Of a stretch of DNA of 64,000 nt, positions 9,725-19,468 are shown piece after piece. Source of the stretch: an uncultured virus (IMG/VR IMGVR_UViG_3300014914_000005) (taxonomy: Duplodnaviria; Heunggongvirae; Uroviricota; Caudoviricetes). Within the stretch, counting starts at the first letter, position 1; every line of letters begins with the position of its first letter. The notes under the pieces were generated by a model. The model ran no database searches. It was given only the letters and a program-made list of their open reading frames with translations, and had not been told where the DNA came from. The position numbers and the translations under genes are program-made. The stretch is from the IMG/VR virus record IMGVR_UViG_3300014914_000005. One strand, written 5' to 3'.

Positions 9725-9942
9725 GGCGTACCTCCTCGCCTTTGCCACATTTCAGATATTTGTTTTGCAACCCTGTCGATCATAAGTTGCGTGTCATTAC
9801 GAATACGCTGGCCAAAAATCTCATTCCACCAATGGGCCTGGTGTTCTTCATCGGTTGGAGTCGGTGGCGTTAGTGCCTGTAAAAGTTTCAACACGTTTTG
9901 TTTTGTAAATTCTGTTTCCGGTCTTACTCGGTTCCCTACCAT
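9721..9942 (-). CDS. hypothetical protein
   Basis: GGAGG RBS; ATGA overlap. Confidence 0.55.
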   Translation of the reverse strand: MVGNRVRPETEFTKQNVLKLLQALTPPTPTDEEHQAHWWNEIFGQRIRNDTQLMIDRVAKQISEMWQRRGGTP

Positions 9943-10123
9943 AGTTTATTCCTCCTTTGTTCCTGTATTATAATAACCTGCTTTTTCAAACTTGTCCTCG
10001 TTCCTTTCCTTTTGAATGGCTTTGCATTCTTTCCATATAACATGAATCGATTTACTTATAAGCGGGATTGCAAATAACAGTATCATTATTATCGCGCCCC
10101 AATCAACATTGTATACTTCCATT

Positions 10124-10306
10124 TTATTTCTCCCAAAAAGGTTTCTCCGGTGGGAATCTTTGGCTTACCCAACTGATAATAACGGTTTTAATATTTCTGG
10201 CTTCTAGGTCATCCAAACAGTTATCGATGCGTTCCCGCAGTTCGTCCTCATCCTGTATATCTTCAACACTTTTATTGTCGCCTTCATAAATGGTTAGTTT
10301 ATACAT
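10124..10306 (-). CDS. hypothetical protein
   Basis: GGAGG RBS. Confidence 0.5.
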   Translation of the reverse strand: MYKLTIYEGDNKSVEDIQDEDELRERIDNCLDDLEARNIKTVIISWVSQRFPPEKPFWEK

Positions 10307-10307
10307 G

Positions 10308-10790
10308 TTACCTCCCGTTTTTTAAATCCATGAACAATTCGTGGTTGCCTTTGGGACTGCTGCTGTTAAGATTATTCGCAACCATTTCTCGCCATTGCGC
10401 CGGCGTTTGGTCTATACCTAAATCTTCAACAAAGCGAGTCCATCGCGTCCATAACAAAGGTGCGATAACATGCGCATAGCGGTCTGGCCATGCAAGCATA
10501 CTTTCTCTCACACCGGAATACTCCGGATAGTGACCAGCGACCAGCCGAAAGCCTTTTAATCCAAATAAAAGGTAAGCGGTTTCGGCACCTTTAATCCAAT
10601 GCCTTTGTTTCTCTGTATAGTTTATTAAATAGTCTGTTTGCCAATGGCCGATATCATGTAATACAATACAAATAAGCTCCCACATGTACGGCCATCTTTT
10701 GTAACGTTTTTTCCAAGCAAGTGTTACGAATAGAGGATGAATAATAAATTGGTGAATTCCAAATAACATTGATTTTGTGCCTTGTTTCAT
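10308..10790 (-). CDS. HD-like domain protein
   Basis: GIHQF...LHDIGH...GH...D. Confidence 0.5.
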   Translation of the reverse strand: MKQGTKSMLFGIHQFIIHPLFVTLAWKKRYKRWPYMWELICIVLHDIGHWQTDYLINYTEKQRHWIKGAETAYLLFGLKGFRLVAGHYPEYSGVRESMLAWPDRYAHVIAPLLWTRWTRFVEDLGIDQTPAQWREMVANNLNSSSPKGNHELFMDLKNGR

Positions 10791-11101
10791 TTATGTATTC
10801 TCCCGGCATTATTATTTACAAGATCAACAAGTAACTGCGCCAACTGGAATGTTTGGTCCGTTTCATAATGGGATGTGTCTATAATATCGGCCTCTCTAAT
10901 TGGTATTAACGAATCCCACCCGTTGTCGATAACAGCATTGTTTTCCCATTGTTCCAAAGTATAACCGGCTTTGTTGATTTGTCTTTCGCTCGGTTTGCCT
11001 TTGCCTCCCCAAAGCTTAAAGGACCACTGTTCGCCTTCGTCTTCAATACGTATTTCGGTCCCGTAATATTTACCTTTTAGCGACTCGAGTATTGCTCTCA
11101 T
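10787..11101 (-). CDS. hypothetical protein
   Basis: ATGA-coupled ORF. Confidence 0.55.
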   Translation of the reverse strand: MRAILESLKGKYYGTEIRIEDEGEQWSFKLWGGKGKPSERQINKAGYTLEQWENNAVIDNGWDSLIPIREADIIDTSHYETDQTFQLAQLLVDLVNNNAGRIHK

Positions 11102-11513
11102 TTTTTAATTTCCTGTTCAATTTGTTCAATTCTGTTTTGTTAATAAAGCCGTTTTCGAATAGCTTTTGATGGGTCTCTTGCCTGATCCTTTTATGGTTTA
11201 TAAATAACGCAAGACTATTTGTTTCATAAACATGAAATACAGTTTTACCATTATCAAATAAATCTTTTACCATCTGGCTCGCGATGTTTCTGGTTATACC
11301 GAAACCACGATTGTCATTTTTTCCGACGCCTGTAATCAGCTTTGAAAACAGATATATTCTGTAAGTATCTTCAAGGTCAAATTTGGTGACGTGTACTTGC
11401 CCTCTTTGTTCTAACTGACCGGATGGTAAAAAACCACCTCGCATCCAGTGAACAAACCGTTGTCGTTGGCATCCTAATATTTTAACAATATCAAATGTAG
11501 ATAATGGTTTCAT
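11070..11513 (-). CDS. MerR-like HTH DNA-binding protein
   Basis: STFDIVKILGCQRQRFVHWMRGGFL. Confidence 0.6.
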   Translation of the reverse strand: MKPLSTFDIVKILGCQRQRFVHWMRGGFLPSGQLEQRGQVHVTKFDLEDTYRIYLFSKLITGVGKNDNRGFGITRNIASQMVKDLFDNGKTVFHVYETNSLALFINHKRIRQETHQKLFENGFINKTELNKLNRKLKNESNTRVAKR

Positions 11514-11681
11514 TTTATACCTCCATATATATTTCTTCAAGCTTATCTCGTATATCAAGCAATACTTCTAAAAGTAATAGGTTAATTCCGTTTTTCGGCA
11601 CTACTTCAAAAGCACCATTTTGCCATTTGGTTTCCGTATCACATTTTGCAGCATCGGTCATAATGTCTTGTCTATCACGCA

Positions 11682-12344
11682 TTATTTTTTTCTCCTTCTA
11701 CGTAATGTTCTAACAGATGGTATTGGAAAGGTTTGGGTTATATTAGATTTTCTACCATCATGTTCGATGTGATATGCCTTATCTGCTATTTCTGCAAGCT
11801 CGTCTTCGTGCGTTACAATAATTAATTGAAAGCCCATACGTCTACTTAGTTCTTGAAGCATAGCACCGGCGCGCTGTAATAAAGCACCTTTGCCAATAAA
11901 CTTTAATGGTTCATCCAGTATAAAAATCTTACGGGTCCTTGGATGGCTTAAGGACCATAAAATAAAACGCAATGTAATGGAAACAAGGTCTATAATACCT
12001 CCTCCCATGTCGTCTTTTGGGTAGAAGATTACATCGCCTTCTCTTACAACTGGTGTACATGTGGCATTGTTACGGGCTTGATCGAACTGTAATTCAAATT
12101 GAAATGGCCTGTTAAAAACGGATTGGATGGCCATGGTTTGCGGGTTCTCGACACTCTGTTTAAAAACGCTTTGTGTTAATTGAGCGACTCGCAGAAAAAG
12201 CTCCCGGGTTTTAATTAAAGTAGAGTGTTTATTTTCAAGCTCTTCCAATTGGGCTTTCTTTTGCTCAATGGTTTCTTTTAAATAATCACGTCTAGTTTTT
12301 AATGCCGTATACCGGCCAACCAAAACAGATTCATTACTTGGCAT
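11682..12344 (-). CDS. sbcC: SbcC/Rad50 ATPase, C-terminal half
   Basis: coiled-coil, MGGG signature, Walker B IFILDEP, H-loop IVTHE. Confidence 0.85.
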   Translation of the reverse strand: MPSNESVLVGRYTALKTRRDYLKETIEQKKAQLEELENKHSTLIKTRELFLRVAQLTQSVFKQSVENPQTMAIQSVFNRPFQFELQFDQARNNATCTPVVREGDVIFYPKDDMGGGIIDLVSITLRFILWSLSHPRTRKIFILDEPLKFIGKGALLQRAGAMLQELSRRMGFQLIIVTHEDELAEIADKAYHIEHDGRKSNITQTFPIPSVRTLRRRRKK

Positions 12345-12742
12345 TATCTTCTCTTGCTCCCTTTGTATTTGGGCCGCGTGTTCCTTGCTCGTTTACATTG
12401 TTTAATATGCTGCATAAGACCTCTGGCGACGTTTTCGGCATCTTTCACACCCATTCCAACCCATGCCACCGGTTTTCCAAAGTCAATTATAATACGCTGA
12501 TAATCAGGCGTGTGACCGATTTTAAATTGTAACGCACCTTCATCCGTTTCGTTCAGCTTGCCCTCCGGGTACTGGTCTGTTATCTTAGCCGGTTCTGCTC
12601 CGCCATGGCCATTCCCACAAGTAACACCAGCGGGTGTATTGAATTGTTTTGCACCACAAATAGAACAAATAGTGCCTGTATAGTTTGGTTCTGTTTCCTG
12701 TCGGGCATTCGGTTCAAAAAGACCGTCTTTCTCTGTCGACAT
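12344..12742 (-). CDS. hypothetical protein with Zn-finger
   Basis: CSICG...TCGNGHG. Confidence 0.55.
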   Translation of the reverse strand: MSTEKDGLFEPNARQETEPNYTGTICSICGAKQFNTPAGVTCGNGHGGAEPAKITDQYPEGKLNETDEGALQFKIGHTPDYQRIIIDFGKPVAWVGMGVKDAENVARGLMQHIKQCKRARNTRPKYKGSKRR

Positions 12743-12743
12743 A

Positions 12744-13001
12744 TTATCTCCTTTCATAAGTGCCGATAAGGTTTTCGGCTTTGGCTAATAGTGTTGAAAT
12801 ACGTTTGTTATATTTGTTGATTTTGGCTTTGATACCTTGTATTAACTCGTTTGAATTGTCCGGTTCGTCAATACCCAGGCGCCTTAATTCCAAAATAGCT
12901 TGCTCAATATCCCGGTTAATAATAGCAATCTCTGTTTCTGCCTGATCCAGTTTGTCGTGGATGTCTTGTATACGTTGATCTACATTATTATTTTGAGGCA
13001 T
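12744..13001 (-). CDS. small coiled-coil protein
   Basis: heptad pattern; lies between the SbcCD genes. Confidence 0.6.
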   Translation of the reverse strand: MPQNNNVDQRIQDIHDKLDQAETEIAIINRDIEQAILELRRLGIDEPDNSNELIQGIKAKINKYNKRISTLLAKAENLIGTYERR

Positions 13002-13002
13002 T

Positions 13003-13929
13003 TTATTCTCCTACGTTACTTACAATATCCTCGGCTTCAGCTCTTACATCATTATCAACATTTTCGAGCAAAGTTAAAAGGTTTTCATATATGTTAACAT
13101 GCTCAACCGAATCCGTTTCAATGGTTTGTACAAACTCTTCAAGCATTTGAGTTGTCGTAGTCTGGATTTCAATATGTTCCCGGGACAATATTTCTTCAGC
13201 CGGTGCATGTGGTATTCTTATTTTATGTAGACTTCGTGCTTCAGTATCAAACCGATATACAAACGGCTCGTGCTCAAAATTATACTCACTCGCTTCCAAC
13301 CGCATTAATGGTCCGGTATTAGTAATCCATCGGCCAACAGAATCCATATAATAAAAGGACCGGTGTATATCACCGCACACTATTCCATCAAATGTATCCT
13401 GCCTTCTTAGAAATGTTTTGGCCTGTGTGTATTCGTGCCCAGGCCATAATGGAGCATTTGAAATATCCTTGTGAATCATTAATACATTAAACACGCTTCC
13501 GTTTGCATAATACGGTTCGTCTACGGCTTCTGGAATCTCGGCTCCCCAACTGGAACCATAAATGGCAATGTTGTCTGCGGGTCGAAACGGCTGGTCATTT
13601 AAAATTGTCAACATCCTCAATCTTGCCAATACACCAAGAGTGGTAGCATGCTTGGTGGATTCATTATATAAATAAGCGTCATGCTGTCCATAAATAGTAT
13701 ACAGTTTAACGTCTTTGTTTTTACGTAGGAATCTAGCGAACTCAGAAAGGAAATACCATTCGCGCGGCTTGTCACCTAAATCGCCGGCGGTTACAATAAT
13801 ACTTTCAGTCTCCCGGGCCTTTTTAAATATGTACCCAAGCTTTCTGAAAAAGGTTTGTCCAACCTCGTCCGTTCTTGCGACCGCGTTTGTCAAAGTACCA
13901 TGGCCATCGCTGAAAAATATAATGTTCAT
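13003..13929 (-). CDS. sbcD: SbcD/Mre11-like metallophosphoesterase nuclease
   Basis: SDGH, AGDLGD, GQHD, GDIH, NTGP. Confidence 0.9.
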   Translation of the reverse strand: MNIIFFSDGHGTLTNAVARTDEVGQTFFRKLGYIFKKARETESIIVTAGDLGDKPREWYFLSEFARFLRKNKDVKLYTIYGQHDAYLYNESTKHATTLGVLARLRMLTILNDQPFRPADNIAIYGSSWGAEIPEAVDEPYYANGSVFNVLMIHKDISNAPLWPGHEYTQAKTFLRRQDTFDGIVCGDIHRSFYYMDSVGRWITNTGPLMRLEASEYNFEHEPFVYRFDTEARSLHKIRIPHAPAEEILSREHIEIQTTTTQMLEEFVQTIETDSVEHVNIYENLLTLLENVDNDVRAEAEDIVSNVGE

Positions 13930-14870
13930 AATGCCTCTTTAATGCGTTTAATACTGGCCGCTGTTACCTTTGAAAAACAAGTAGGGCATTTACCTGTTGT
14001 TTTAAGAACCTGAATATACATCTTCTTAAGCTTCTCCAATTTCTTTTGTAATACAAGTCCTCGGGCTTTATGCTGTGTATATACATCCAATGCTCGCCGC
14101 CGCTGTACCGCTTCAGCTTTTAAATTCATTACTTCAGATAATTTATCCAATACACCATTAATTCGGTTTACAGGCGGCATTCTGTTTTTCTTTTGCTTGG
14201 CTACCCGTAACAATTGCAATTGATTTTGGATGGCCTCCCGCTGGCTTATTAAACCGTCACGTTTTGCGCTTTGTTGCCTTATGCGATTAAGCAATGGCGG
14301 GATCTCTTCAATTCCATCCAATACATGGTATTCTTCTTCAAGGTTCTCTATGTCGGCTTGTAACTGTTGTTTCTGAACATTTACAGTATTGATTCGCCTT
14401 GTGGCTTCGGCAATCCATTTATCACCACTCTCTAGATTGGTTATCTTGTTAATCGTTTTCGAAATTTGTGACGCTGAATCTGTGATTAAGAAATGGCTTT
14501 CCAATTGGGTTTGAATATTAATGTCTGCCAAGTTTAAAGCCTCTTGGATTTCTTGCGGACAAGAAGCCCCAAAACGTTCAAAGGTTTCGTCGTTTAGTAT
14601 ATACTGATTAAGCCTGTCGCCTTTACGAATTGTAACTGTGGTATTATCTGAAAACTTACCTTTGACAGATACCACATTATTATCCGTATATTTGTGACGG
14701 TACTTATCAACACCGCTGGGCCTGTTTGTAAACAATAATAACATAGCGCGAATTATAGCGGTTTTGCCTGCTTGTGAAATTCCAGTTATAACATTGACAC
14801 CTGGGCCAAACTTAAACTTGGAATTCACATGGCTTTGGAAGTTCCGGATTTCTAATTCCTTTAAATACAT
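13926..14870 (-). CDS. sbcC: SbcC/Rad50 ATPase, N-terminal half with Zn hook
   Basis: IRNFQSH, Walker A GISQAGKT, coiled-coil, CPTC. Confidence 0.85.
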   Translation of the reverse strand: MYLKELEIRNFQSHVNSKFKFGPGVNVITGISQAGKTAIIRAMLLLFTNRPSGVDKYRHKYTDNNVVSVKGKFSDNTTVTIRKGDRLNQYILNDETFERFGASCPQEIQEALNLADINIQTQLESHFLITDSASQISKTINKITNLESGDKWIAEATRRINTVNVQKQQLQADIENLEEEYHVLDGIEEIPPLLNRIRQQSAKRDGLISQREAIQNQLQLLRVAKQKKNRMPPVNRINGVLDKLSEVMNLKAEAVQRRRALDVYTQHKARGLVLQKKLEKLKKMYIQVLKTTGKCPTCFSKVTAASIKRIKEAL

Positions 14871-14877
14871 GATACCT

Positions 14878-15141
14878 CTATGTCAGTAACTTACTCCCGG
14901 GATTCAATGCATCCACAACAATCTCGATGCATTTTCCTAGACCGTGAAGATCCGGATGGCTTAATATTAACAAGCCTGTAAAAATGGTTCCGCCGCAATA
15001 CGGACATTTACTTTGCATAATCTTCGCGGCGTCGTCTTTAAATAATATAACATCAACAATCATTACCTTTTGGCAATGCGGGCATTTACTTCTTGGAACG
15101 TTTGGCCCATCTCCAATGCTTATTACTTTTGCTTTGCTCAT
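14878..15141 (-). CDS. Zn-ribbon protein
   Basis: KCPHC and KCPYC. Confidence 0.6.
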   Translation of the reverse strand: MSKAKVISIGDGPNVPRSKCPHCQKVMIVDVILFKDDAAKIMQSKCPYCGGTIFTGLLILSHPDLHGLGKCIEIVVDALNPGSKLLT

Positions 15142-15475
15142 TTGTAACCTCCTTTTGATTACACCTTCTTATTGCTTCATTAAGTAATGGAATATACCTG
15201 TTATCAAAATCATGCGCATCCCAGTGCTTTGTTTCAATATGCCTTCTTAAAAAGTTCCGGACTTGCATGCCTTCATTAAAATGTACAGCGTGAGGGATAT
15301 AATCACGTCTGGCAAATCTGCTCTTGTCCGTACTTATGTCGATATTCCAAACTGCCTTTTCAATTGCTCCGTATTCGTCAATACACATTGTAAAGAAAGC
15401 AATACCATCGTATCCAAGCCAATCAATTAAACGAGTGATGATTATGTCGGCCTCTTTGTCCGTAATTCCTTCCAT
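15086..15475 (-). CDS. hypothetical protein
   Basis: AGGAG RBS; HFNEGMQVRNFLR. Confidence 0.55.
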   Translation of the reverse strand: MEGITDKEADIIITRLIDWLGYDGIAFFTMCIDEYGAIEKAVWNIDISTDKSRFARRDYIPHAVHFNEGMQVRNFLRRHIETKHWDAHDFDNRYIPLLNEAIRRCNQKEVTNEQSKSNKHWRWAKRSKK

Positions 15476-16062
15476 TGCTTATACACTCCTAAGAATTTTT
15501 TGGGTTTAAACCACCGTAAAAATGTATCCAATGGGATAGCAATTAATGTGAGTCGATATTCTTTTTGTAGATTTAAGATTGCATAGTTAGATAATTTATA
15601 TCGGTTATTAAAACTTGATTGAAATTTTTTGTACTCTTGATATTTCAATACAACCAAAGTTCTGGCATAATCCCGCCGCATTAATAACATAACGGCTTTG
15701 CGGTTATTTTGGGACCGCTCTTGGTTTGCCTTTTTAAACCAATCAATAATCAATGGTGTTTTGGTTTTCGAATGGTCCTTATCAATAAGGCTATTAAATA
15801 TAACATTAGTATTATAGCCTCGTTTAATTTCAACCAAAAAATATTCGATAAATGGTTTGCCAATAGGATCATTGAAACTCATATCACCGGCGCTAAAAGC
15901 GGTCTGTTTTTGTAGCTTTTGCCTTTGGGTGGCTCGGCCTCCACTACCGGATGTTTTGTAAAATACATCATCCCGTTTATCGTACGTCAGCCATTTACTA
16001 AACACTCTGCACAACTCGCCTTCGAAGCGTCCGCCTTTTTGGTGTGGTTTTTTTACGCTCAT
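15442..16062 (-). CDS. Holliday junction resolvase (PD-(D/E)XK, Hjc-like)
   Basis: KGGRFEGEL, SGSGG, AGD, VEIKRGY. Confidence 0.75.
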   Translation of the reverse strand: MSVKKPHQKGGRFEGELCRVFSKWLTYDKRDDVFYKTSGSGGRATQRQKLQKQTAFSAGDMSFNDPIGKPFIEYFLVEIKRGYNTNVIFNSLIDKDHSKTKTPLIIDWFKKANQERSQNNRKAVMLLMRRDYARTLVVLKYQEYKKFQSSFNNRYKLSNYAILNLQKEYRLTLIAIPLDTFLRWFKPKKFLGVYKQWKELRTKRPT

Positions 16063-16336
16063 CTTTTACAAGTCTCCTGGGTCCTTTTTGTATGTTACCT
16101 TTTCGATCTTCCAATTCAAAAGTCCAATTGTGTCTGTTACAATACCTTAGAATTTCTCCAACTGTCCATGTTTCCATATATCGCAAGATGGGAGCGCACT
16201 CGTGAATATATGTCGGTTTCTCATATGCATCGCCTTTGAGCTTGCGAGCTGCAAGCCTTTTATATGTAACAATGCCAGCGACAAACGGTTGACCGTTTTT
16301 TGTTTTACCTGTAATCCGCAATAGCCTATTTTTCAT
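15998..16336 (-). CDS. hypothetical protein
   Basis: PFVAGI...CAPILRYM. Confidence 0.55.
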   Translation of the reverse strand: MKNRLLRITGKTKNGQPFVAGIVTYKRLAARKLKGDAYEKPTYIHECAPILRYMETWTVGEILRYCNRHNWTFELEDRKGNIQKGPRRLVKDERKKTTPKRRTLRRRVVQSV

Positions 16337-16337
16337 T

Positions 16338-17387
16338 CTAAAATCTCTTTTTCTTTTTACGTTCCACTTTAAAGTTCTGTTGGATTTCTTCCCATAAGTC
16401 GATCACGTTATTACGTAACTGTTTTTCAAAGTTTTGCTCTTCAATATATTTAATCGACTTCTCCATGGATTGCCACTTATGGTCTATACAATTATATTTT
16501 GTATCGCCGGTCATGTCTTTGTACCATTGGAGATTAGCACGTATATCATCTAAGCCATGGCCGAATACAATATAGATTGGAGCTTTGCGAAATGGATTGT
16601 CAATTGAACTTTTCCTTATTTCACACATGCTATGGATGCCAATTTGATTTTCAATTTCCTTACGGCCAACCTTTACTTTTTTCATTAATCGCCAGTTTCT
16701 TAGCGCCAGCGTAATACGAATACGTAGTGACGAATAGTAAGCAATAGCTCGGCCTCCCGGTGTTACAATGCCTCCACCGGTACCTTCTCGTTCTTGGTTT
16801 GTACAAGCAACCAGCCAATTATTTTTTGTAATGATACGGGCAGATTTACGAAGCCAAGTGCTAAATTCTTTGGCTCGCTTCATACCCATTTTATCTTCGC
16901 TTTCCATTTCCATTTCTGTTGATAACGCTGCAAGGCTATCTTCACAGCTAACACAAATGGCGTTTTCTTTTCTTGGGCTTGGTTGCCACTCCCAAATTTT
17001 AGAAAACATTTCATTAACAGTATCAGACCTTGTATATTTTTCCCGGGGAAGTGTTAAACCATACAAGTGCGCATACTCCCGGTCTAAACGAGCCTCTGGG
17101 TCGTCAAACCTTACATCTCCGCCTTTATGTTGAGCAGAAGCGCCAAGCTCTACAAGTATTGCGGTCTTGCCAGCGCTGGACGGTCCAAATATTTCCATTA
17201 CAATTCCACCGGGTACGCCACCACCTCGTTTTCGAGTTCCATAAATGGCAAGGTCTAACAATGTCGATCCAGTAGATATCACTTTGTCTGGAAGCGGAAC
17301 GACCGGCTTTGGCTTCGGTTTACGTTTAATTGTACGTGTAATCTTGTCGGCTTCAGATGTTCTGCGTTTTATACTTCTCTTTGCCAT
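16338..17387 (-). CDS. recA: RecA/UvsX-like recombinase
   Basis: STGSTLLD, EIFGPSSAGKT, DSLAAL, TNQ, TPGGRAIAYYSS. Confidence 0.92.
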   Translation of the reverse strand: MAKRSIKRRTSEADKITRTIKRKPKPKPVVPLPDKVISTGSTLLDLAIYGTRKRGGGVPGGIVMEIFGPSSAGKTAILVELGASAQHKGGDVRFDDPEARLDREYAHLYGLTLPREKYTRSDTVNEMFSKIWEWQPSPRKENAICVSCEDSLAALSTEMEMESEDKMGMKRAKEFSTWLRKSARIITKNNWLVACTNQEREGTGGGIVTPGGRAIAYYSSLRIRITLALRNWRLMKKVKVGRKEIENQIGIHSMCEIRKSSIDNPFRKAPIYIVFGHGLDDIRANLQWYKDMTGDTKYNCIDHKWQSMEKSIKYIEEQNFEKQLRNNVIDLWEEIQQNFKVERKKKKRF

Positions 17388-17450
17388 TGTACCTCCACAG
17401 TAAATATGACCATGGGCCGGAGCCCATGGCCACTGTCACAGTCACGCCAA

Positions 17451-18668
17451 CTACTTCTTCTTTTTCTTGGTGGTTCGTTTCTTCTTGGTGGTTTTCTTTT
17501 TCTTTTTCTTCTTCTGCGCGGCCTCATATGCTTCTTGGCAATCATCCCAATTTGCGCAGTCGTCACAATCGACAAGGCTATTGAAGTCGACACCAAATTC
17601 ACCGTCCGGATCAGCTGGGCATTCATCCGGCTCTAGTTCACTGTCTTCTTCTTCTTCGTCTTCTTCCTCTTCGTCGTCGTCTTCTGGTTCGTCATCGTCT
17701 TCCGGTTCGTCCTCGTCTACATCTTCGTCTTCATCAAAATCTTCGTCTTCCAGTTCTTCCTCCTCTTCCAGCTCGTCCTCTTCATCCAAGTCTGGTTCGG
17801 CCGGTTTGCGAGATCGACGAGTCCTTCTGGTGCGCGTTGCAGCGTCGTCATCTTCGTCGTAAGGCTCATTCCAATATGCCTCGTAGACTTCTGCATAAGT
17901 CGGCTTATGTACGAGCTGGTCCAACTTGTGAGCGTTTTCGATCATGTCTTCTTCAATTTCGTAATCCCGGTCAAGTAATCGATGGCCAATAAAACGAGTA
18001 TTGAGTTTCTCGCCTTCCTTGGTAAATGCAATGGACTTGCCTTCTTCAGGATCACTCCAATGAGCACCTTGTGATTCGTCTTCTGGTGTGGCTCTGCCTC
18101 TTCTTCTTGGATCGCCACGTAGTTTTTTAAGGTGCTTTTCAAACAGAAAATAACTGGTATGAAATACCTGAACGCCTTTGGCTTCCTCGTTTGCATCGTA
18201 ACAAACAATATTGTAAATAGAACGAGGATAACTGCTTGTCCTTAGGGCTTTGATATGGTTTTCATCAGCGCCCTGTTTTTCCAATTGTCTACGATGCTCA
18301 CAGATGGGACATTTTTCGCCATAGGTTTCCAAGCAAAGGAAACTCTGTCCCTCTTTGCCACCAACGTCCCGGTGCTCATAAACGAAAAGGCCGTATGTAA
18401 TGTCACCTTCATTTACGGCTCTGTCTGGATCGTCCGGGCCGGCATAGTACGGGATAACGTCAATAACATGGTCGCCCACACCACATTTCCAAAAGTTAAT
18501 ATCGTCTGACAAGCCTGCTTTGAAAAACCCTAAGTTGCTGGCATTAACCCGTTTAGACGTATCGCGTTCCCGGTTCAACAATGCTTCACGACGGGCTTTC
18601 CGTTTGGCTTGTAGATCACTCTTCTTACTTTTCTTCTTGGTTTTGCTTTTGGTCTTACTTTTTGGCAT
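17451..18668 (-). CDS. probable single-stranded DNA-binding protein with acidic tract, Cys knuckle and Lys-rich ends
   Basis: CLETYGEKCPICE core, long D/E tract, position beside recA/uvsY; start reassigned to MPKSK. Confidence 0.6.
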   Translation of the reverse strand: MPKSKTKSKTKKKSKKSDLQAKRKARREALLNRERDTSKRVNASNLGFFKAGLSDDINFWKCGVGDHVIDVIPYYAGPDDPDRAVNEGDITYGLFVYEHRDVGGKEGQSFLCLETYGEKCPICEHRRQLEKQGADENHIKALRTSSYPRSIYNIVCYDANEEAKGVQVFHTSYFLFEKHLKKLRGDPRRRGRATPEDESQGAHWSDPEEGKSIAFTKEGEKLNTRFIGHRLLDRDYEIEEDMIENAHKLDQLVHKPTYAEVYEAYWNEPYDEDDDAATRTRRTRRSRKPAEPDLDEEDELEEEEELEDEDFDEDEDVDEDEPEDDDEPEDDDEEEEDEEEEDSELEPDECPADPDGEFGVDFNSLVDCDDCANWDDCQEAYEAAQKKKKKKKTTKKKRTTKKKKK

Positions 18669-19236
18669 TTTTAGAAGTCCTCCTTTTGATTGTTTTACGT
18701 TTGTCCTTCTTAATTGTCTTTCTAACTGCTTCCCGTGTAAATTCCCTCCTTTCAGTGGCATCGCCACCACTTACTCGTACTTCTCCATAAAAGCCTGATA
18801 ACTGTAATTTGATTAAACTTTCCAAAGCATACCGCCTGTCCCTGAATGCTTCCATTGCAGATTTATAAGCGGTATGCTGTTTGACTGCCTCTGAGTAATC
18901 ATAAATCGCGGTCTTTATTGCATCGCTATATTCTTCCAAAGCATCATGGTATCTGTCTTGCTCGTTTACAAGCGCCTGTACAACTGCTTCTGTTAGCTTT
19001 TCAACTCCGTATTGCTCCGGTCCGCTCCGCCTAATTGTAAGTTCTACAAGCGCCCTTTCTTTTTCGAGTTGTTGTTTTGCTTCGGCTCTTACCAATGAAA
19101 CCAGTTCCCGCAGCCTTTCTTTTTCAGACCTTTTCTCAGCTGCTATGTTACCGTACTGTACGACAAGTTGCGGTTGACGCATAAGCTCTTCATCTAGGCT
19201 ATTCTCGTCAATCCTTACATCCTCTTCGTAACTCAT
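18655..19236 (-). CDS. UvsY-like recombination mediator
   Basis: IDENSLDEELMRQP, helical; next to SSB/recA. Confidence 0.55.
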   Translation of the reverse strand: MSYEEDVRIDENSLDEELMRQPQLVVQYGNIAAEKRSEKERLRELVSLVRAEAKQQLEKERALVELTIRRSGPEQYGVEKLTEAVVQALVNEQDRYHDALEEYSDAIKTAIYDYSEAVKQHTAYKSAMEAFRDRRYALESLIKLQLSGFYGEVRVSGGDATERREFTREAVRKTIKKDKRKTIKRRTSKNAKK

Positions 19237-19415
19237 TTTTTTACCTCCTTTTGTAATGTAACAAAATCTTTATCGTCGACAATGTAATGTATCAAATAAT
19301 ACTTTATGAAACGGTTAATTTCTTTCTTTGGCAAACTATGTGATTTTAAGTGTTGTCGAACATCTAGCTTTTCTTTGAATGGCTTTCTGCATAATGGGCA
19401 TTGATACAATCGCAT
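19233..19415 (-). CDS. C2H2 zinc-finger protein
   Basis: YQCPLCRKPF...HLKSH. Confidence 0.65.
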   Translation of the reverse strand: MRLYQCPLCRKPFKEKLDVRQHLKSHSLPKKEINRFIKYYLIHYIVDDKDFVTLQKEVKK

Positions 19416-19430
19416 GTCTTAACCTCTATA

Positions 19431-19448
19431 TATTATACCATATAAAAA
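19431..19448 (-). promoter_or_regulatory. extended -10 promoter
   Basis: TATATGGTATAATA, identical at 30610-30623. Confidence 0.55.
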
Positions 19449-19468
19449 CCGGAATCGACGCTATTTTA

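Noticed and set aside
17467..17862. poly-Ser ORF on the + strand
   Set aside because: Antisense shadow of the Asp/Glu tract of the SSB-like gene.
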